Shown here one piece after another: positions 40,445-50,173 of a stretch of DNA of 64,000 nucleotides. The position numbers were made by a program, and so were the translations under genes. Source of the stretch: Candidatus Omnitrophota bacterium (GTDB taxonomy: Bacteria > Omnitrophota > Gorgyraeia > JAZDFF01); contig JAZDFF010000015.1 of NCBI GenBank assembly GCA_043808095.1, positions 2,015 to 66,014 on the forward strand, given 5' to 3'. Under the pieces are notes generated by a model. It was not told where the DNA came from. It saw nothing but the letters and a program-made list of their open reading frames with translations, and made no database searches. Every line of letters starts with the position of its first letter. The stretch's first letter is position 1.

Positions 40445-41509
40445 TTATAAGAAATTCTTATGCAACGCTTCCTTTTGTCCAAGAAAATGGATTAGTTCAT
40501 TATATTTGTTTAATCTACAAGGTGGGCATTTATGTAAATTAATCCGATTTATAATCTTTTCTCTTTTTTGACTATTCCATATCTGACTAAATGATTTTTC
40601 TTTCAGACTTCCAAAACTAAATCGAGGATCCCCCTTTAACTGACAGCACAAATATACTAGACAATCCGCGCCCACCGCGGCTATTAGATTGTGAGCCACG
40701 CAGCTACTATAGTTTCGTTCGAAAGCGCTCATCTCATCAAATCGATGCAACATAGGAATAACAGAAAAATTTTTATCTGAAAGCTTAAGTGATTTGAGTA
40801 CCAATCCTTCTATTTTAGGCATCATCCTCTCTAAGATTTTCTTGCCCGGTATATATACCGGCCTAATCTGAATATAATCTACCCCTACATCTTTGGCTAG
40901 TTTAGTTGCCTGATAGATTTGTGAATAATTCAAAGGGTGGACTAAAAAAGCTATGCCTATGGTAGGAGATTTCTTATCTTTTCTTAAACGGACTAGATAT
41001 TTTAAATTTTCGATGATTTTATCAAAATTATCTTGACTAAGATCTTTTGGTCTATGTAAAGAGGCATGACTCCTTCTATCTGTTGCATCTAAACTTATTC
41101 TTACAAAAGTACAATTTTTTATAATCTCTCTGCAGCATCCCTCTGTCATAAGTCCACCATTAGTTACTAGGCCAACTTCCATTTTCAATTCCTTTGCATA
41201 GCGTATAGCCCCTAAAGTTGCAGGATTCATTAAGGGCTCTCCACCTCCTGTAAAGATTATTGACTTTACATGCATCTGCCCTAACTCCCTAATTAGGTTA
41301 AACATAATTTTCCGAGGCATAAGTTTAGGTTTTTCCTTTTTAAAATTAGCATACATACACCAAATACAATTATGGTTACAGAGATTACTCGGGTCGAGCT
41401 CACAGGTTACAGGATAAATTTTTTTCCCCTTAGCTAATTTATTTAGAATAACTCGATGACTCAATATCTTTGCAGGATTAAATTGGTTAATATTCGTATT
41501 AGGTTTCAT
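40445..41509 (-). CDS. Radical SAM / SPASM-domain protein
   Basis: 354 aa. CNHNCIWCMY (CxxxCxxC) and C-terminal Cys-rich region (CLVYLCCQ...CPPCR). Confidence 0.75.
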   Translation of the reverse strand: MKPNTNINQFNPAKILSHRVILNKLAKGKKIYPVTCELDPSNLCNHNCIWCMYANFKKEKPKLMPRKIMFNLIRELGQMHVKSIIFTGGGEPLMNPATLGAIRYAKELKMEVGLVTNGGLMTEGCCREIIKNCTFVRISLDATDRRSHASLHRPKDLSQDNFDKIIENLKYLVRLRKDKKSPTIGIAFLVHPLNYSQIYQATKLAKDVGVDYIQIRPVYIPGKKILERMMPKIEGLVLKSLKLSDKNFSVIPMLHRFDEMSAFERNYSSCVAHNLIAAVGADCLVYLCCQLKGDPRFSFGSLKEKSFSQIWNSQKREKIINRINLHKCPPCRLNKYNELIHFLGQKEALHKNFL

Positions 41510-41513
41510 TAAA

Positions 41514-42947
41514 TTACTTTTTGAAAATTTTTCCCAACAATCTAATATCTCTAAAAGTAAGGGTTTTCAATAATATCAAAATAAAGAAATATACAAAAAT
41601 AGCAAGAATGATTAACAAAAATAAATTTATATTTTTAAATAACTGGATGAAACCTGCCATCAACAATGTCGCTAAAACTGGTCGAATACCAATCTTTATT
41701 AAGTTTAAGCGATGAATATTTTTAGATATTATATAGAAATACACTATAAAAAGTAAAATTATGGTTATTAATCTAGCTAAACTTGCCCCTAAGTAACTAA
41801 ACCGTGGTATCAATATAAGATTTAGGATAATATTTAAAATCAGCCCCCAGAAGATTACTATGGTGGCAGTTTTTTGTCTATTAGTAGTAGGTAAAAGTAT
41901 GGAGACTAAAGAAATTAGAAACATAAGCGCAAAACTCCAAGCCAAAATCTGTACACTGCCTGAAGATGCCAGGTACTTGTGGCCATACACTAAAAGAATT
42001 ATTCTGTCTGCGAGAAGACTCATGCCCATACCTAAAGGTAGTGCTAGAATCAAGAGGAATTGAAAAGACTTTTCATAATATTTGGCTAAAGACTCTCTGG
42101 AAGATTGATAAAGCCGGGAAAAAACTGGAAAAAGGGCAGTCGTTAAATTAACCGGGATAAATAAGAACACCGAAGTCAATGCTAAAGCAACTCCATAATA
42201 TGCAGTAGGAATGTCTCCTTTTATTGTTTTAAGTAAGGTTACGTCGATATTAAGAGCAAGGTTGGAAAATAAACCAAAAAAAGCAAAAGGAAGACTATCC
42301 TTCATCAGATTCTTCCAAAATACCAAATCAATCTCAAATTTGGGTCTGGCAAATTTTTTAATAATCAAACCAAAACTCAAAATAATATAGATTAGTGCCC
42401 CAACTAAGTAAGACAAAAGCACTTCTTTCAATCCGCCCTTTAAAATAATTGCTACAACGACTCCTATTAGGATACTAAGCGTTAATAAAAAATTTAATAA
42501 AGCAACAAATCCCATTTTTTCATATGCCATAAAGATAGAAATAAAATAACTCCCGAATGATTTTAATATAATATATAATGCCAAAATATAAACTGCTATT
42601 TTAACTATCTGGGCATAATTAATAATATTTACCATCATAAAGATTAAGATAAACGTAAATACCGATAAAGCAGCTTTAATAATGACCGCGCTGCTTAGAT
42701 ATTTACTTGTTATTTTTTTATCTCGGGCTACTTCTCTTACTACCAAATTACTTAAACCTAGATCAGGAAGTACTAAGAATAGACATGTAAAATAAATGGC
42801 AAAGGTATATTGACCAAACTCTACCTTTCCTAAATATTTAGCAAGGGTTACGGAGAGAATAAAAGCTAAAATACTGGAGGCGATGGTGGAAATATTTAAG
42901 AAAAGGGTATTTCTGGTTATTTTAGACGCATCATCTATTTCTATCAT
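41514..42947 (-). CDS. Wzx-like oligosaccharide flippase (MOP/polysaccharide biosynthesis protein family)
   Basis: 477 aa, ~12-14 TM helices. Typical of the polysaccharide-biosynthesis flippase family. Confidence 0.7.
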   Translation of the reverse strand: MIEIDDASKITRNTLFLNISTIASSILAFILSVTLAKYLGKVEFGQYTFAIYFTCLFLVLPDLGLSNLVVREVARDKKITSKYLSSAVIIKAALSVFTFILIFMMVNIINYAQIVKIAVYILALYIILKSFGSYFISIFMAYEKMGFVALLNFLLTLSILIGVVVAIILKGGLKEVLLSYLVGALIYIILSFGLIIKKFARPKFEIDLVFWKNLMKDSLPFAFFGLFSNLALNIDVTLLKTIKGDIPTAYYGVALALTSVFLFIPVNLTTALFPVFSRLYQSSRESLAKYYEKSFQFLLILALPLGMGMSLLADRIILLVYGHKYLASSGSVQILAWSFALMFLISLVSILLPTTNRQKTATIVIFWGLILNIILNLILIPRFSYLGASLARLITIILLFIVYFYIISKNIHRLNLIKIGIRPVLATLLMAGFIQLFKNINLFLLIILAIFVYFFILILLKTLTFRDIRLLGKIFKK

Positions 42948-43014
42948 TTAGGTCTCTATTTTGAGAAAAGTCATCGATAACAGATAATACATTCTTAATA
43001 CTTTCTGTTTTGCT

Positions 43015-43842
43015 TCATTTATATCTCTTAAACAGTCCGATACTAAATCCGATTGCATAACTGAGATTTGCCAAAAAGCCGATTAATTGAAAAGTCAACA
43101 GTAGTCGTATCAGCCTAACAATAAACCGAATAATTCTAAATGGCAAACTTCTTCTTGGTACAAAGTCTGTAACGTCCGGGGGAGGAACCTCAAAGATCAA
43201 ATTAGGGAAGTATCTACTATCGTGGGCTGCCCCTACCCCATGTTGAAACCTAGCCTTTAATAACTCACCTAAATTTCTATACATAGGATGGAAAACCCAG
43301 GTGTTGGGAACTACAACTATCCTGTGTCCAGACTGCCGCACCCTATATCGAAACTCTGGGTCATCTCCTCTAATCAAATTTCCGTTTTCTCCGCCTAATT
43401 CTAAATAAAGTTTCTTTAAAATAGCCATCCCTGCATGAGTGACCATATCCGTTTCAGTGATCTTATTTACTATCGGGAATTGAGAACGATATAGTATCTT
43501 AACACAATGCTTTTGAAATTCATTAGAATCAGGCGGTATTAATTGGGAGGCGCCGGTTATGCCTATAGTTTTATCTTCAATCAATGGCTTAATTAAGTTC
43601 TCGACTACCTTCTCTGTCCCCAGGCGTACATCATCATCAAAAAAGACTAAAATTTCGCCCTTTGCTAGTTTGGCTCCCACATTATGCGCCTTGCTACATG
43701 GACTTATGCCCTTTACCACATGAACCTCAAAGTCCTGAAAGCTCTGTTTTGAGAGGTCTTCTAATAACTTCGGAACATTTCCCTGGCGATACCCATCTAA
43801 TGAAGGTATTATAACGGAAACTAAAGGATTACGGACTGACAA
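43015..43842 (-). CDS. Glycosyltransferase family 2
   Basis: 275 aa. VSVIIPSLDG...FFDDD (DxD) in a GT-A fold. Confidence 0.75.
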   Translation of the reverse strand: MSVRNPLVSVIIPSLDGYRQGNVPKLLEDLSKQSFQDFEVHVVKGISPCSKAHNVGAKLAKGEILVFFDDDVRLGTEKVVENLIKPLIEDKTIGITGASQLIPPDSNEFQKHCVKILYRSQFPIVNKITETDMVTHAGMAILKKLYLELGGENGNLIRGDDPEFRYRVRQSGHRIVVVPNTWVFHPMYRNLGELLKARFQHGVGAAHDSRYFPNLIFEVPPPDVTDFVPRRSLPFRIIRFIVRLIRLLLTFQLIGFLANLSYAIGFSIGLFKRYK

Positions 43843-45238
43843 TATGTATCCCCTTTCTGGTTATGCGTAAGCGCGTTTTATCCTCTATTGACCAACGCAG
43901 ATACCTAATAAGATTCTCCCACTTAGGTGCCCCCACCTGCATCAATTCATCGGCCCATCGCCGGAGTTGACTCCGGCTCCTTTCGGCAGTATAGTAGGGC
44001 TGGGGTAAATCCGTCAGCCAATATTCGTCATTAATCATTCTTTTGGTCTTAGCTAATTCATATAAGGCGGTCCCTGGAAAAACCATGGTTAGTTGAACTG
44101 CGCGAAAATCTGGCTTCAACCTTTCCAAAAGCCGAACCGTCTCGGAAATAGTCTCCTCAGATTCGTTAGGATTTCCAACCATCAAAAGGATTTTAGTCTT
44201 TATACCAGCTTCCCTAGTCAACTCGAAGGCATTTAAGATTTGGCCCACTGTTGTCTTTTTGTTTATAGTATCTAAGATAGTGGCAGAAGCAGATTCTACG
44301 CCGTAGGCAATAGAAAAACATCCAGCTTGCTTCATCCATCCTAACATCTCCGCAGATACAAAATCGACATGGGTCTCGCAGTCCCAAATAAGGTCTAACT
44401 TCCTTGATAATATTCCTTTGCAAATTTCAATTACCCTGTTTTGATCAACGGTGAAGGTATCATCTCCAAAATTGATATAGCCGCAACTGTATTTTTTAGA
44501 TAAAATCTCTAAATCGTCGATGACTTTTCGAGCCGATTGTTTTCGCCATTTACAACCCCAGAAAATATTGGTCGAACAGAATTGGCATCTATTAATGCAG
44601 CCTCGTGAAGTGACTACCGTAGCAAACCTTAACTTTTCAAGTCTTTTACCCCGGTAGTTGATTCCTCTAAGAATGCCATATCTTTGATATCTATCTAAAT
44701 CAAATAAATGATAGGCTGCGGGAGGAAGTAAATCTAAATCTTCTATCAACTCCACATCTTCATTCTTTATAACCTCTTGATCTTCTTTAAAAGCTATGCC
44801 TTTAATTTCTGCAAGCGAAATTCCCTTCTCCCAAGCGCGAATTAAATTTAAAAAAGTCCTCTCTCCTTCACCTAATACTACTACGTCTACAGGTAAATTT
44901 TTTAATATTTGCTTATACATAAAGAAAGGGTGTACTCCCCCTAAAACAACCTTGATAGCAGGATTTATCTCTTTTATAATACGGCTCAAGCGATAAACAC
45001 TAGCCCTCCGTTCGGTCAAACAGGTGATACCTACAACCTGAGGACTCTTTTCTTCAATAATTCTTCTTACCTTGTTCCATTGGCAGAATAGAAGATCTGC
45101 TACCTCAATGTCAAAACCTTCTCGTAATAAGACCGCAGCCAGAGAGGCAATACCAAGGGGCGGAGTATAGGAAGGCATAGAAGGCTTATCGTACCTACTC
45201 GTATTAAATTCAGGAGGATTAACTAATAATATTTTCAC
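43829..45238 (-). CDS. B12-binding-domain radical SAM protein (class B rSAM, probable methyltransferase or rearrangement enzyme)
   Basis: 469 aa. N-terminal cobalamin-binding Rossmann-like domain and an rSAM core with RGCINRCQFCS (CxxxCxxC). Confidence 0.75.
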   Translation of the reverse strand: MKILLVNPPEFNTSRYDKPSMPSYTPPLGIASLAAVLLREGFDIEVADLLFCQWNKVRRIIEEKSPQVVGITCLTERRASVYRLSRIIKEINPAIKVVLGGVHPFFMYKQILKNLPVDVVVLGEGERTFLNLIRAWEKGISLAEIKGIAFKEDQEVIKNEDVELIEDLDLLPPAAYHLFDLDRYQRYGILRGINYRGKRLEKLRFATVVTSRGCINRCQFCSTNIFWGCKWRKQSARKVIDDLEILSKKYSCGYINFGDDTFTVDQNRVIEICKGILSRKLDLIWDCETHVDFVSAEMLGWMKQAGCFSIAYGVESASATILDTINKKTTVGQILNAFELTREAGIKTKILLMVGNPNESEETISETVRLLERLKPDFRAVQLTMVFPGTALYELAKTKRMINDEYWLTDLPQPYYTAERSRSQLRRWADELMQVGAPKWENLIRYLRWSIEDKTRLRITRKGIHIVSP

Positions 45239-45262
45239 TACACAATGCCTTTTTGGTGGGTT

Positions 45263-46423
45263 TTAACTTTTAGTAAGTTCTCTCAAAATTGCTTCAACCT
45301 TCCTTGCGGATATTATCCAGGTACGTTGTTCTAATATTGCCTCTCTGCCATGCTTACCTATTTTTTCTCTAAGTCCTTCATCTTTAAGCAATCTAACAAT
45401 CGCCCCTGTTAACTTCTGCGCATCACTTGCTTCTGTCCAAACTACACCATCGACTCTGTCTAAAAAATCTTTACACCATTCTAAACCGCTGACTACTACT
45501 GGCTTAGCACAGGCCAAATATTCATAGAGCTTAATTGGATCTGCTGTATAGGGTATAACCGGTTTAAAGAAAACTGCGCAGATATCAAATGCATTTATGT
45601 ATTTAGGAACATCCTCATAGGGAATCTCTCCAGAAAAAAATATCTTATCGTCTAAACCCAAATCTGTAACCAGCTTAATTAACTCTTTTTTCATAATACC
45701 TTCACCCACAATGATAAACTTAGTATTAGGCAGTTCCTTAAGAATAAAGGGTGTGCTATTTATTAGATAATCCACCCCTTGATGGGGATAGAGTGAACCA
45801 ACCATCCCAACGTAATAACAATCTTGCCTGAGATTTAATTGCGTTCTGACCTCTTTAGTATTCATAGGACGAAATAATTCTGCATCTGCACCGCAGGGCA
45901 CCACGATTATCTTATGGGAAGGTAAATTCAGGAATTTGCTTAGGCGTTGTTTAGTGAGGTTAGTTGTGGTTACTACCCTATCCGAAAAAATTAGAGAAAC
46001 TGCTGAAATGAAATAAAGTATCTTATACTTGATAAGCTCGAATCCTCTTTTTTTTATCTCTGGAATCGAGATAAAAATTTGCACTTCTATAACCAGGGGA
46101 CGGCTTACTAATTTAGCAAACAAAAAACTCGTCAGCGACCAACCGTCTCGAGAATATATGATATTCGGCCTTTTTCTAAGGCTATGAAACATAAGATAAA
46201 CCAATAATAACAAACTGTAGCTTATGATATTCAATATAGGTACTTCTATTAAAGGCACATAGACAACCTGGGCTTGCGTTTTCTGCTTATACTTGCCCCG
46301 ACGGGGAGCAAAAACTAATATGTCGTGTCCTAACTCTTTTAGATTCTGAGCTATCTCCATAATATGTCTTACATCCCCGGCCTGTCTGCTCAGGTCATTA
46401 TAACAGGTATAAAATATTCTCAT
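45263..46423 (-). CDS. Glycosyltransferase family 4
   Basis: 386 aa, GT-B fold, with a C-terminal EYLACAKPVVVS region. Confidence 0.7.
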   Translation of the reverse strand: MRIFYTCYNDLSRQAGDVRHIMEIAQNLKELGHDILVFAPRRGKYKQKTQAQVVYVPLIEVPILNIISYSLLLLVYLMFHSLRKRPNIIYSRDGWSLTSFLFAKLVSRPLVIEVQIFISIPEIKKRGFELIKYKILYFISAVSLIFSDRVVTTTNLTKQRLSKFLNLPSHKIIVVPCGADAELFRPMNTKEVRTQLNLRQDCYYVGMVGSLYPHQGVDYLINSTPFILKELPNTKFIIVGEGIMKKELIKLVTDLGLDDKIFFSGEIPYEDVPKYINAFDICAVFFKPVIPYTADPIKLYEYLACAKPVVVSGLEWCKDFLDRVDGVVWTEASDAQKLTGAIVRLLKDEGLREKIGKHGREAILEQRTWIISARKVEAILRELTKS

Positions 46424-46508
46424 AACTATGGCATGGCTCCTAAAAAGATAGGAATAAATATAGAAATATTGAAGGAATCAAAAAAATGTTGGGTAATTCT
46501 CATTCTAA

Positions 46509-47282
46509 TTATTTTGTGCAAACTGCTATCAAGTTTGTGCTATTTTTAAAATTAAATTTTGATATTTCAAAGTCTGCCTCGGTTATATCATCTCGGGAAA
46601 CAGCACCTGTAAAAGGAGCAATTTTAGCCTGAACTCTTCCAAGAACCCAATCCCTTGTCTTAATAGGAACTAGATATCTAAGACCCAAAAAATCCATCTT
46701 GGCAGCAAATCGCTTCACCTGTTCAAATTTACCAACTACATCGACCTTTAAGCTCTGGCCATAAATATCTACCTGGGTAAAATAACTACTCAACAACTGA
46801 CGATACTCTTCAATGGTTAATTCATTAATATGATTGGGGTTAAAGATTTGACCCCGTCTCAATGATGGGGGTTTTTTGTTTGGCGTAGAACCAATATAAA
46901 GACCACCTGGCTTTAAGACTCTGAGCATCTCGGATAGATATTTCTTTTGGTCTTGGATATGTTCAATGACCTCAAGAGAAACTACCGTATCAAAAGTATT
47001 ATCCGAAAGGCCCAAGTTACAACAATCCATAACTTTATATTCTACGTTAACCTTGGAAAAATGCCTCCTAACATAATCTATTGCTTTAACTGAATAATCC
47101 ACGCCTATTACTTTCTCTGCTGTCTGTGCCAGGAGCCATGGCCCTCTTCTGGCGCCGCAACCGGCATCCAGAACTAATTTACCAGAAACAAATTGCTGGA
47201 CAAGCTCATATCTAGCTAAACTTGTCCTAAGATTCAGATTATCCCTTGAATCATAAAATGCCTTTTTAGCAATGCGGCTCAT
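46509..47282 (-). CDS. Class I SAM-dependent methyltransferase
   Basis: 257 aa with motif I LDAGCGARRG. Confidence 0.7.
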   Translation of the reverse strand: MSRIAKKAFYDSRDNLNLRTSLARYELVQQFVSGKLVLDAGCGARRGPWLLAQTAEKVIGVDYSVKAIDYVRRHFSKVNVEYKVMDCCNLGLSDNTFDTVVSLEVIEHIQDQKKYLSEMLRVLKPGGLYIGSTPNKKPPSLRRGQIFNPNHINELTIEEYRQLLSSYFTQVDIYGQSLKVDVVGKFEQVKRFAAKMDFLGLRYLVPIKTRDWVLGRVQAKIAPFTGAVSRDDITEADFEISKFNFKNSTNLIAVCTK

Positions 47283-48790
47283 CTTATAACTTTTTCCCTT
47301 AAGACCGCCCGCTTTACCATATCCAGTTCATCCATTCTCAAAATTAAGGCGGCAACCAAAAATACAGCTGCCCCTATAAGTATGGTAATTAATACGGGCA
47401 AGCGAATAATACACAGGATAATAACCATTATAGAAGAGGCCACGGCGGTTTTAGCAAAGGTTATAAAAATAGGCCTTTTTTCTTTTATTCCCATTTTCTT
47501 CGCCAGGGACCCTGCCAACAGCAAACAGATAACCGTTCCGTAAATGGAAAAAGCCAAAGCCAGGCCCCCTACTCCTAAGATATCTTTTAAGATTAGCCCT
47601 AAGATTATATTAATTATTATCCCGATTAGGCCTATTTTAAGCGGAGTAACCATATCCTGGAGAGAATAGAATGCGCGTATCAAAATTACATTAGCGCAAA
47701 ATCCAAGTAGTCCCCAGGAATAATAAAAAAGGGCATCTGCCGTCATCCCAACAGCCTGCGGGCCAAATTCTCCCCGCGCAAATAGTAGTTCAATGATTGG
47801 CCTGGCTAATATCATCAGTGCAGCTGATAAAGGAATTCCGATAAAAATTATTATCCTCAAAGAAGCGAAAAAAGTCTCTTTTAGATTAATCCAATCTCTG
47901 TCGACTTTCTGCTGCGCCATTACGGGAAAGGCAACTGTTCCTATAGTGGCACCTATAAAATCTACTACCAGATTTATCGGGTAGCGCGCGAAATTTAGCG
48001 CAGCGATGCTTCCTTCTGTGAGCGTAGAGGCAAAAATCCGTATGAAGACGTAGTTAATCTGAAATAGAATATTAACCGCCAAGACGGGAAGCGCCAGTCT
48101 GATTACTTTCTTAAGGGCCGGGTGATTGGCGTTAAAATAAAAAATGTTTCCGGTTTTAATTTTCCTGATAGCTATCCACTGTATAAAAAGCTGAAGCCCG
48201 CCGCCTGCTATTGCTCCAAAAGCTAATGAATAAATGCCTATCTGTTTCGATAAAAGCAAAATCACTGTAATTACACCTAAAGGAAAGACGAAAGATGCAA
48301 TTGCCGGAGTTACAAAACGCCGGTGAGCATTAAGCACGGCATTGGAAATGATTACGAGGCTCAAGATAATCACTAAGGGAGAGGTTATGCGGCTAAGTTT
48401 TGTTGACAACTGCGCTGTAGAAATAGGAAATCCGGGGGCTAAGAGTTTAATTAAACCGGGTGAGAAAACAAAATAAAAAAAGGTAACTACGGCAAGGCTT
48501 ATTACTGAAATGCCAATCAAACTGCTGACCAAATTCCAGGCCTGCCTCTTGTCTTCAATAGTCAATAATTCCGTTAATATGGGAATTAAAACAAAAAATA
48601 TTACGCCTCCGAACATAAAATCGCTGACAAAGGCAGGGATGGTTAAAGCAACGAGATAGGCATCCACTCCGGTAGTTGCTCCAAACTTTGCAGCAATGAG
48701 CATCTGAGTTGCTAAACCAAGAAAGGAGCGTATAAGATTGGCAGCTAATAAAATACTGATTGCTTGAGATAGTTTTTGCGTAAAGGACAT
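47279..48790 (-). CDS. MurJ/MviN-family flippase (MOP superfamily)
   Basis: 503 aa, 14 TM helices, with a MurJ-like N-terminus (ISILLAANLIRSFLGLATQMLIAAKFGA). Confidence 0.7.
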   Translation of the reverse strand: MSFTQKLSQAISILLAANLIRSFLGLATQMLIAAKFGATTGVDAYLVALTIPAFVSDFMFGGVIFFVLIPILTELLTIEDKRQAWNLVSSLIGISVISLAVVTFFYFVFSPGLIKLLAPGFPISTAQLSTKLSRITSPLVIILSLVIISNAVLNAHRRFVTPAIASFVFPLGVITVILLLSKQIGIYSLAFGAIAGGGLQLFIQWIAIRKIKTGNIFYFNANHPALKKVIRLALPVLAVNILFQINYVFIRIFASTLTEGSIAALNFARYPINLVVDFIGATIGTVAFPVMAQQKVDRDWINLKETFFASLRIIIFIGIPLSAALMILARPIIELLFARGEFGPQAVGMTADALFYYSWGLLGFCANVILIRAFYSLQDMVTPLKIGLIGIIINIILGLILKDILGVGGLALAFSIYGTVICLLLAGSLAKKMGIKEKRPIFITFAKTAVASSIMVIILCIIRLPVLITILIGAAVFLVAALILRMDELDMVKRAVLREKVIR

Positions 48791-48836
48791 CTCTGTTCTC
48801 TGTATAGGGCTTTGTCTCTATATAGAGATTTATCAA

Positions 48837-50102
48837 TTATTCCAAAAACTTCAATAGTCTGGATTCCGGATAATATTTTTTGATTAAACTTATTAATCCG
48901 TAGGCCACGAATATACTCAAAAATGGCTCCAAAGGCACTCGATATCGTGTGCCACTCGAACCATCGGACCCAAAAAAAATGAGACTAACAATAGTAAAAT
49001 AGATGGCTAATAGATGGATAATCCAAGTTTGCCTTGAATGTTTCAAAGAAAGAAAAAATCCTAAGACCATAAACGGAAAAAATAATATTCCATAAAGAAA
49101 AGTTATTATTGTATTCCTTAATGTGCTTGAATACCCCCATTGCCAGAATTTCAGGAATTTAAAATAGAGCAGTATTAAAAATTGTTTTGGATTTTCTTTG
49201 ATGAATTCCAAGGCCAACTTAGTATATCTTCGGTCTAAATCTATTTCAGATAAATTAGTTTTTATCCTGATACTATCAGGCATATACCATGTCCCACGCT
49301 TATCTACTTTCTTGAAGACCTCAGGATTATTACCCCCCCACAGGTTACGTCCTAAACCAATGTAAACAGGGATAAACTTGTGAAATACTCTGTAATTTCT
49401 ATAGGCCCAAGGGGTAATCACTAATGACATAAAAGAAATAATTAATAAAGTCATCCTAAGGACATCTTTTTTTGTGCGTAAATTTAACCAAAACCAAAGA
49501 AATATAAAAAATGGAAAGGCCAGTGCAATGGGTCTGGTAAGATTAGCCACACCCAGCCAAAGTCCGGCTCCCAAACACTGCTTCCAAGACGGCTTATCAA
49601 TAAATTTAACGACCCAGAGGACCGCTAAGAGAAGCAACAAGGTAAACAACGTCTCAGTTAACAAATATCCTGTAAGCAAGCAAAGATAGGGATGACCTGC
49701 CATAATTAATGCTGATAATAATCCTACGGCCTTACTAAATAGCCTGGCCCCAATAAGGTATCCTACAAGACAACTTAGAGAACCAATAAATATTTGTATC
49801 AGTTGAGCAATCCAATGCCTATAACCAAAAACCTTATATATTGCCGCTAAAAATAAAGGATAAAAAGGTCCGCGGTAGGCAAGGGCTGTCCCATCGATGG
49901 TAAAACCCTTTCCTTCGATTAAACTGTAGGCAATCTTATCATCTCCGCTGGCGTCGGCAGTATAAATCCCATCCCATCCCACAACTAAATATATGGTGGC
50001 TAATCTTGCCAGAAGAGCAACTACAAATATTATGCCCAATATACATCTAATTTTACTCTCAAAAAAATGATAAAAAAATTTATGTAGTTTCACGGCGGTC
50101 AA
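48837..50102 (-). CDS. GT-C membrane glycosyltransferase (ArnT/PMT, GT39/GT83-like), putative
   Basis: 421 aa polytopic protein. A DG-containing first periplasmic loop follows the first TM helix, as in the ArnT/PMT family. Confidence 0.5.
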   Translation of the reverse strand: MTAVKLHKFFYHFFESKIRCILGIIFVVALLARLATIYLVVGWDGIYTADASGDDKIAYSLIEGKGFTIDGTALAYRGPFYPLFLAAIYKVFGYRHWIAQLIQIFIGSLSCLVGYLIGARLFSKAVGLLSALIMAGHPYLCLLTGYLLTETLFTLLLLLAVLWVVKFIDKPSWKQCLGAGLWLGVANLTRPIALAFPFFIFLWFWLNLRTKKDVLRMTLLIISFMSLVITPWAYRNYRVFHKFIPVYIGLGRNLWGGNNPEVFKKVDKRGTWYMPDSIRIKTNLSEIDLDRRYTKLALEFIKENPKQFLILLYFKFLKFWQWGYSSTLRNTIITFLYGILFFPFMVLGFFLSLKHSRQTWIIHLLAIYFTIVSLIFFGSDGSSGTRYRVPLEPFLSIFVAYGLISLIKKYYPESRLLKFLE

Positions 50103-50173
50103 ATAGCATAAAACTTATAATCTTACTTTCTTTGTTCATTTCATAATGGAGAAACAAAAAGAAGAACTGCGCA

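Noticed and set aside
48555-48836. 93-aa ORF overlapping the start of the MurJ-like gene
   Set aside because: Mostly an alternate frame of the MurJ N-terminus. Only 46 nt is intergenic.
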